NCBI GenBank assembly: GCA_964619365.1
Contig: CAZUDQ010000006.1
Location: 29,437-93,436, forward strand
Length of the DNA stretch: 64,000 bases
Source: an uncultured archaeon
GTDB lineage: Archaea; Altiarchaeota; Altiarchaeia; JAFGQM01
Direction: 5' to 3'
The notes under the pieces: generated by a model
Databases searched by the model: none
What the model was told of the DNA's origin: nothing
Seen by the model: only the letters and a program-made list of their open reading frames with translations
Shown here: positions 58,190-64,000 of the stretch, one piece after another
Numbering within the stretch: position 1 is the stretch's first letter
Layout: every line of letters starts with the position of its first letter
Translations under genes and position numbers: made by a program

Positions 58190-58278
58190 TTTAGAGTATT
58201 TTTATGGGTGAAATTACCCTTGCCTTTTTTGTCGCGATAATTTGAGTCTCTGGTTAAAAATATCAAAAATCAAACAAT

Positions 58279-58509
58279 TTAGGAAAAGGATATTGCTGCT
58301 GCTGCCATCTTAAGCTCCCTTAGGCTGGCATTTATTGACGCACGGAGCGAACCGATATCGCCCGAACTAAAGTGTAGAACTACACAAGTCCCCTTAAGTT
58401 CTAGACTTACCTGACATCGCGCCTTGGGTCTTTTTGAGAGGCTTATTGCCAAGTAGACAATATTTGCATCCTTAGGACTAGACATGCGACAACAAAGGCT
58501 TGCTTCCAT
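58279..58509 (-). CDS. pcc1: KEOPS complex subunit Pcc1
   Basis: DIGSLRASINASLR; synteny after rpoP. Confidence 0.75.
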   Translation of the reverse strand: MEASLCCRMSSPKDANIVYLAISLSKRPKARCQVSLELKGTCVVLHFSSGDIGSLRASINASLRELKMAAAAISFS

Positions 58510-58558
58510 TTTAAAGGGGATAGCAGTTTTAAAGCCTTTTAGCAAAAAAGATTTACTC

Positions 58559-58696
58559 TTATTCTGCCTCAAGGACTTTTACGCTGTTTGCACCTTTCTT
58601 GACAAGTATGCGCGTACTGCAATACGGACAAGCAACCTTTTGTACGTGACGATCTTCAACAACCTTCCCGCACTTTTGACATACGAATTCACCCAT
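58559..58696 (-). CDS. rpoP: RNA polymerase subunit P (Rpo12)
   Basis: CQKCG...CPYCSTRILVK. Confidence 0.9.
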   Translation of the reverse strand: MGEFVCQKCGKVVEDRHVQKVACPYCSTRILVKKGANSVKVLEAE

Positions 58697-58701
58697 CTTA
58701 A

Positions 58702-58908
58702 TTATTCTGCAGTGTATGCTTTTCCTGTGAATTTGCCGCAGCGCGGGCATTCGAATATTCCGCTTCCAATGCGCTTTGCGACACCATCACACTTTGGACA
58801 TTTCTGCTCTGCCCTTTGTTTTCTCTCGACTTCAGCTATCCTCGCACGAATCTTACGACCATACCTAGGACCCGTCTTTCCGCCGAGCTTTTTTGTCTTC
58901 TCACTCAT
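58702..58908 (-). CDS. rpl37ae: 50S ribosomal protein L37ae
   Basis: GPRYGRKIR, CPKC, RIGSGIFECPRCG. Confidence 0.93.
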   Translation of the reverse strand: MSEKTKKLGGKTGPRYGRKIRARIAEVERKQRAEQKCPKCDGVAKRIGSGIFECPRCGKFTGKAYTAE

Positions 58909-58958
58909 TTTTCATTAAAAAAATCGCTCTTGTTTTGCAGATGAATGTTATTAAAGCT

Positions 58959-59744
58959 TTACTTCTTTACTAACTTTTCAAGATCCTTGTGCTTCTTCAT
59001 CGCAAGATTAATAAGCTCTATTACCTCTTTTGATGAGAATGCTCCAATTCCACCTTTCTGCATAGCATGAATCGCTTTTCCACTTGTGGTTACAGTTAGA
59101 CGTGCGTCGGTCGCATATTCCTCATCAGTACAAGGGTCAATCATTATTGTCTCTCCAATCTTAACAAAAGTGCATGAAATCGGAAGCTTAGTTAAGGGCA
59201 TATCCATGCTCTTTTCGAGTTTTACTTCCTCAGTCTTTTTGTTATAAGTTGGAATCCAAGCTGATTTTAGCGCGGCGACTGCTGCAATTGAACCTGCATC
59301 AAGGAGATTACCCTCATCGTTTATGATATGGATATCGATTGATACCATCCATACTTTCTCACCAGGCACAATGCAAAGCTTGTCAAGCTCAATCATGTTT
59401 GATTCACGAATACCCCTGTCAATTACTCTTGCGAGCTCTATTGCGTTCTCACCAGGACGGCCAGCCTCAAACTCAGGGGACGCTATCGGGCAAAGTTCTG
59501 CCCCTGTCATCATGACTCCTGAATCCGGTCTGTCTGAATATGGTGTTGCTAATATAACCTTTATTCCGCAAAGGACCTCTGTGCCACCTAGTTTTACCCA
59601 AGCGCTGCCTTCTGCCTTATCCGAAATAACATTTGTCGTTATTGATATCTCGCGGGCCTCATCAAGCTTCCTGCCGTCAACACGACGACCTTCTGCTGCA
59701 AGCCTTGCGATAAAATGTTTTTTTAGTTCTTTGTCTATGTTCAT
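58959..59744 (-). CDS. rrp42: Exosome subunit Rrp42
   Basis: RVDGR, AEGSAWVKLG.T, ELARVIDRGIRES. Confidence 0.95.
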   Translation of the reverse strand: MNIDKELKKHFIARLAAEGRRVDGRKLDEAREISITTNVISDKAEGSAWVKLGGTEVLCGIKVILATPYSDRPDSGVMMTGAELCPIASPEFEAGRPGENAIELARVIDRGIRESNMIELDKLCIVPGEKVWMVSIDIHIINDEGNLLDAGSIAAVAALKSAWIPTYNKKTEEVKLEKSMDMPLTKLPISCTFVKIGETIMIDPCTDEEYATDARLTVTTSGKAIHAMQKGGIGAFSSKEVIELINLAMKKHKDLEKLVKK

Positions 59745-59771
59745 CTTGATACCTCAAATTACTTTTATTTT

Positions 59772-60491
59772 TTAGTTCTTCTCGTACTTTGCCTTGAGTG
59801 CTGCCTTTTGAAGCTCATAGACCTTTTTTGCACCCTTAAGGGCAAGTCCCTGTGCTTTTTCGAACTCTTCTTTTGTGAAGTCGCCGTCAAGCTGCAAAAG
59901 TACTATCTCGTCTTTTTCAGGTACGTATGCAATCGGCAAATCGCCGTCCCCAAAGTTGTCTTCTGGCTGGTCAAGGTCAAGAACTATTTCACCCTCGACT
60001 TTACCTGCTGCGCATCCTGCAACAAGGTCTTTCATTGGAATTCCTGCGTCTGCAAGTGCAACTGCGCCTGCTGTGAGAGCCGCAATCCTTGTTCCTGCGT
60101 CTGCCTGGAGTACTTCCATAAAGACATCAATTCCGCTTGTCGGGAATTCGTTTAGCATGACAACACGCTCAAAAGCCTCTCTTATGACCATGGAGATTTC
60201 TGTGCTCCTACGGTCAGGGCCCGGCCTCTTCCTGTCTGGAACAGAAAACGGCGCCATGTTGTAGCGACACCTGAGAGTTGCCTGCGTGTTTTGCTGCAAG
60301 TGCTTTGGATGAAGCTCACGCGGACCATAAACTGCCGCAATAACCTTATTCTTGCCCCATTCAAGGTAACATGAGCCATCGGCTCTGTTGATGACGCCCG
60401 CTTCAATCTTAATCGGCCTCATTTCATCAAACTTTCTTCCATCAAGTCTTTTTCCCTTTGTAATCAAAGGTACATTGGATTTTCCGCCCAT
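59772..60491 (-). CDS. rrp41: Exosome subunit Rrp41
   Basis: RLDGR, VYGPRE, YNMAPFS, QADAGTR. Confidence 0.96.
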   Translation of the reverse strand: MGGKSNVPLITKGKRLDGRKFDEMRPIKIEAGVINRADGSCYLEWGKNKVIAAVYGPRELHPKHLQQNTQATLRCRYNMAPFSVPDRKRPGPDRRSTEISMVIREAFERVVMLNEFPTSGIDVFMEVLQADAGTRIAALTAGAVALADAGIPMKDLVAGCAAGKVEGEIVLDLDQPEDNFGDGDLPIAYVPEKDEIVLLQLDGDFTKEEFEKAQGLALKGAKKVYELQKAALKAKYEKN

Positions 60492-60507
60492 TTTCTTTAT
60501 TTGTTAA

Positions 60508-61203
60508 TTAATTTGATTTTTTGTCTTTTCCTTCTAGCACGTCCATGCCATCGTTCAGGTAATTAGCTATGCGATCTGTAAGGCCTGTTGTGTGTGATTC
60601 GGACTCAATTTTCCTTATTGCGCTTATTACAAGGTTCGTGTTTTCCTCCGGACCGTCTATCCAGATTATACCATTTTGACCAACGACAATCCTGCAATTT
60701 GTGATGTCACGCATCATGTTAAGCATGGATTTCTTGCTCCCGATTACGCGGGGAATCTTTTTTGCATTGACTGTGATTACACGGCCTCCTTTTAGTCTGC
60801 GCGGACCGTCTGCATATGCATTTTTGATTTCATCAACGCGGCTTATTTTAACGGAGAGTATATCGCCCTCGCGAAAAATCCTCCTGATATCAAAAGACCC
60901 GTCATCATCACGCCTTTTCTCGTGGTTAAGGTATGCTGTATATGCGGGAGAATATGTGATTAACCAGCCAGTTCTTACAATATCAGTTACGAGACCCACT
61001 ATCATATCGCCTTCTTTTGGAGTATATTGACCTGCAAAAGGTATTATTGAAGTCTTTCCGCCCTTCTCGTTCTTAAGTCCGAATACGCTGGCTTTCTGTT
61101 TTTTTTCATCGACGTATGTAAAGTCGCCTTTTCCTGCACGACCTAAGTCCTCACCAGGCGTGACGACTCCGCTCCTTAGTTCAAGTTTCTCTTCTTTTGC
61201 CAT
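60508..61203 (-). CDS. rrp4: Exosome subunit Rrp4
   Basis: Y.PKEGD S1 domain; KIPRVIG KH domain; GQNGIIWI; SHTTGLTD. Confidence 0.92.
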   Translation of the reverse strand: MAKEEKLELRSGVVTPGEDLGRAGKGDFTYVDEKKQKASVFGLKNEKGGKTSIIPFAGQYTPKEGDMIVGLVTDIVRTGWLITYSPAYTAYLNHEKRRDDDGSFDIRRIFREGDILSVKISRVDEIKNAYADGPRRLKGGRVITVNAKKIPRVIGSKKSMLNMMRDITNCRIVVGQNGIIWIDGPEENTNLVISAIRKIESESHTTGLTDRIANYLNDGMDVLEGKDKKSN

Positions 61204-61206
61204 TTC

Positions 61207-61899
61207 TTATTCCTTTAGGACTCTTGTCTCTGCATTACCGTGAGTAAATGAATTAAGTTCTGAATAAAGCTTGTCCTGAAGACCAGCTGGGAGCTCTATT
61301 ACTGCTACAAGCGACCCGTCTTTTTGCCACTCTTCCTTTTTGACATTGTAGTTATGGAGATGGTTATATGCCTTTGGCGCGTAATCTGCATCAATCCTTA
61401 CTGCAATATTCAGCTTTTCAATCTTAATCGGGAGTATCGGACGAATAGCCTTTATCGCATCTTCCACTTGTGTCTCAAGATTCTTGTGGGCATCAAATGA
61501 GAAACGAGCCTGCTCTAGCGCGTTTGATATGCGCTCTGGAGGATGTGGATGCATGGTCTGCGGGTCAACAGCATCCCGGCATATTGCCTGAATTACCTTC
61601 TGGCGCCTTTGGTCAACCATGGCCTTTCTTTGTTCGGTTGTAAGCTGAATCTCGCCATCTTTTAGAATCTTTGCTGCGACTTCGCGAATATCATCTGTTC
61701 CAAAAGATTTTTTTATTGTTTCAGGAGATGCTTTATCGCCCTTGTGTGCATCCTTGAAAATCTCGTCTATCTCAAGGACTTCAGAAATGTCTATGTCGTC
61801 TCCCGACTTAAAGGCTTCTGCCTTTTTTGGGTCTGCAAGAATCTCAAAGTGGTCGCCGGCTTTTGAATACCTGGCTATAACACTATTATCTAATGACAT
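61207..61899 (-). CDS. Ribosome maturation protein SBDS/Sdo1
   Basis: FEILADP, GEIQLTTEQR, PHPPERI. Confidence 0.94.
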   Translation of the reverse strand: MSLDNSVIARYSKAGDHFEILADPKKAEAFKSGDDIDISEVLEIDEIFKDAHKGDKASPETIKKSFGTDDIREVAAKILKDGEIQLTTEQRKAMVDQRRQKVIQAICRDAVDPQTMHPHPPERISNALEQARFSFDAHKNLETQVEDAIKAIRPILPIKIEKLNIAVRIDADYAPKAYNHLHNYNVKKEEWQKDGSLVAVIELPAGLQDKLYSELNSFTHGNAETRVLKE

Positions 61900-61906
61900 T
61901 TTGTTT

Positions 61907-62626
61907 TTAGGACTTTGCTTTCAGTGTGGCCTCAATCTTATCTGAATCGAGCTGCTCGAATTTCTTGTCCTTTTCTTCGATTATCGCGATATTGACGTTT
62001 TTAGGATTGAATTTTGCCGAAGACACTTGTTTTAACGCGTCTATTGCAAGCTTTATTGCAGCCTCGCGCGTCAAGTCCTTCTTGTAGTTTTTTTCAAAGA
62101 ATTTCTCTACTTCTTTTTTGCCTGAACCTATGGCTGTTGCAAGATACTGGGTGTATGCCCCAGAGGGGTCTGTCTCATAAAGCTGCGTTCCGTGAGAGTT
62201 TATCCCTGCAATAAGAAGCGCACAGCCAAAAGGCCTGATGCCTCCGTACTGTGTGTAAATCTGAGAAGTGTTTGATATCTTTCTTGTCATCTCGGAAACT
62301 GAAATCGCCTCGTCATAAGCAATTCTGTTTCTCTGCGCTTCAAGGCGGCAGTCCTCGACCATTCGGCGCGCGTCAGCAATAAGTCCTGATGATGCTGCAC
62401 CAATATGCTCATCAATCTGATAGATTTTCTCTATTGACTCTGGAACAAGGAAGGGATAATCTATATTTTTATCAACGGCCAAAAGGACTCCGTCCTTATA
62501 AACCATTCCAATCGCAGTCGTTCCTCGCTTTACTGCTTCGCGAGCGTATTCTACTTGAAAAATTCTTCCGTCAGGGCTAAAAACGGTAATCGCCCTGTCA
62601 TATGCGACTTGGCCACCTGGATACAT
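61907..62626 (-). CDS. psmA: Proteasome alpha subunit
   Basis: YDRAITVFSPDGRIFQVEYAREAV. Confidence 0.97.
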   Translation of the reverse strand: MYPGGQVAYDRAITVFSPDGRIFQVEYAREAVKRGTTAIGMVYKDGVLLAVDKNIDYPFLVPESIEKIYQIDEHIGAASSGLIADARRMVEDCRLEAQRNRIAYDEAISVSEMTRKISNTSQIYTQYGGIRPFGCALLIAGINSHGTQLYETDPSGAYTQYLATAIGSGKKEVEKFFEKNYKKDLTREAAIKLAIDALKQVSSAKFNPKNVNIAIIEEKDKKFEQLDSDKIEATLKAKS

Positions 62627-62779
62627 CTTTTATTCTCCTATAATCGTGATTAAATGAAATGATGATTACTGAAATGAAACTAAGCCCATAAAACTAGAAG
62701 CGAGCGCTTATTTTGAATCCTGGAGTATAAAAAAGGCAAATAAAGTACAATATGATAAATTTATGTAATCAATGCACTT

Positions 62780-63811
62780 CTATTTCCGTCTTCTTCTCAT
62801 CTTTTCCAGATGTTTCTTATGTATCTCGTTTAGATGTTTCTTATGGAATTCTTTCACCAGTCCCGAAGTGGGGAAATGCCCCCTGCGCAAAAGCATTCGC
62901 TGGTAAGCCGGGATTCTGCGATCTGGGACGCCCTTGACTTTTAATGCATGTTGTAGTACCTTGGCATGCGACCATTTCTTTGGTATTTCGTTTCTAAGTG
63001 CTAGATAAAGGCCTAGATTTTTCGGCCTAATCCCATTTCTGTTTAACACAAACTTAACGTCCTTGACAATATGTTTTGGGTCATGGCCTGCCTCGGCTGT
63101 AGCTTTAAGTGTGGGGGTTATTGCAACAAAGTGTTCATGTGTGATTTGTCTATGGTATAAAGCATTACCAAGTTCCTCAGCAACTCCCTTTGGGTCATGG
63201 CCCGCCTCGGCTGTAGCTTTAAGTGTGGGGGTTACTGTAGCCAAATCGTTCCAGACAAACATGCCACAAGGCGACCCTCCAAGTCCCTCACTCAGGAGAT
63301 TGTGTGTATTGTAGCCGGCTTTGGCTGTTGCTTCCAAGACAGGAGCTATTAGAGTAAGATTCTTATCGGTGAGTTGTCTCGAATCCAAATATCTTCTAAA
63401 AGCTCGGGTGAGATCCTTTGGGTTTTGGCCTGCTTTGGCTGTTGCCTCCAAACTCGTTCTTATCGCTTCTGCGGATTTTGCAAAGTTCTCATGAGTGATT
63501 GCTTTTGAGTTTAAACCTGTTCTAAGGGTGTCGGCGAGGTTTTCAGGGTTGTGGCCAGCCTTGGCTGTTAATTCAAGTGAGGGAGCCATTAGCTCAAGTT
63601 CCCGGTGAGTTAATGCTTTTGAGTATAACTCCCATTTGAGAGTTCTGAGGAGATTGTGAGGGTTGTGGCCTGCTTTGGCTGTTGCATTTAATGTAGCCAA
63701 CATATTTGAAAGAGCAGTTTTGGAGACTTTGTTCTTATCTAAAATATTAGCGAAATCTTTATCGTGTTCACCAATTTCTTTTAGTAATTGCTCCCGAGTC
63801 TGTTTGGGCAT
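62780..63811 (-). CDS. Helical 38-aa repeat protein with basic termini
   Basis: Six L.ATA[KE]AG[HQY][ND]P-type repeats; MPKQ start; RRRRK end. Confidence 0.75.
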   Translation of the reverse strand: MPKQTREQLLKEIGEHDKDFANILDKNKVSKTALSNMLATLNATAKAGHNPHNLLRTLKWELYSKALTHRELELMAPSLELTAKAGHNPENLADTLRTGLNSKAITHENFAKSAEAIRTSLEATAKAGQNPKDLTRAFRRYLDSRQLTDKNLTLIAPVLEATAKAGYNTHNLLSEGLGGSPCGMFVWNDLATVTPTLKATAEAGHDPKGVAEELGNALYHRQITHEHFVAITPTLKATAEAGHDPKHIVKDVKFVLNRNGIRPKNLGLYLALRNEIPKKWSHAKVLQHALKVKGVPDRRIPAYQRMLLRRGHFPTSGLVKEFHKKHLNEIHKKHLEKMRRRRK

Positions 63812-63824
63812 ATTGCTTTTTCGT

Positions 63825-64000
63825 TTATAACTTCTCAGGCTTCATTAATGTCTTTTTCCTTGTGGCAAAAAAGCCTATCACGACAACAAGCCCGACTATT
63901 GTTACAAGAAGCAGGACTGATCGCGCTCCGGACTCTGTGACCCATTCAAAGAAGTCGCCTACTGCGTCTGCAACAGAACCCAGTACACCTGTTGCACTTG
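63825..64000 (-). CDS. C-terminal end of a surface protein paralogous to 52764-55868 (runs off the window)
   Basis: Manually translated ...GVLGSVADAVGDFFEWVTESGARSVLLLVTIVGLVVVIGFFATRKKTLMKPEKL*. Confidence 0.8.
   Translation of the reverse strand, partial: SATGVLGSVADAVGDFFEWVTESGARSVLLLVTIVGLVVVIGFFATRKKTLMKPEKL

Overview
Archaeal chromosomal segment. A DPANN-type lineage is my inference, from the short Dph2, the GSHD-type Mre11 and the many very basic ORFans; no phylogeny was run. The backbone is housekeeping: infB-rps6e-aIF2gamma; glnA/Lrp; thiM-thiE-pscSN-pscS; SufCB (SmsCB); porCDAB; tetraether synthase Tes; gatB; rps27e-aIF2alpha-nop10-PAC2-EndoQ; PolD small subunit; ilvD; GAPN; class II HMG-CoA reductase; and the psmA-SBDS-exosome-rpl37ae-rpoP-pcc1 superoperon. 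The most striking accessory locus (18.2-24.6 kb) is a tandem array of five Lys/Arg-rich paralogs sharing a C-terminal W-R-T-x-G-A...GG...IS..RK module. Four of them have their stop codon embedded in the same 21-bp palindrome (AAAGTAAGA-NNN-TCTTACTTT, nine copies in the window). That palindrome divides the array into cassette-like units and also bounds an 82-bp multi-hairpin element, which recurs 32 kb away beside a second tandem paralog array. Two disulfide-rich repeat surface proteins follow the basic array. Other notable items: a candidate structured RNA (5839-6093), a protein with three TFIIB-like repeats, a 38-aa helical repeat protein, an archaeosortase with a likely dedicated substrate, and several proteins that have lost Cys/His metal or redox ligands. 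No rRNA, tRNA, CRISPR array, integrase or transposase was recognised. All calls come from reading motifs by eye, without database searches.
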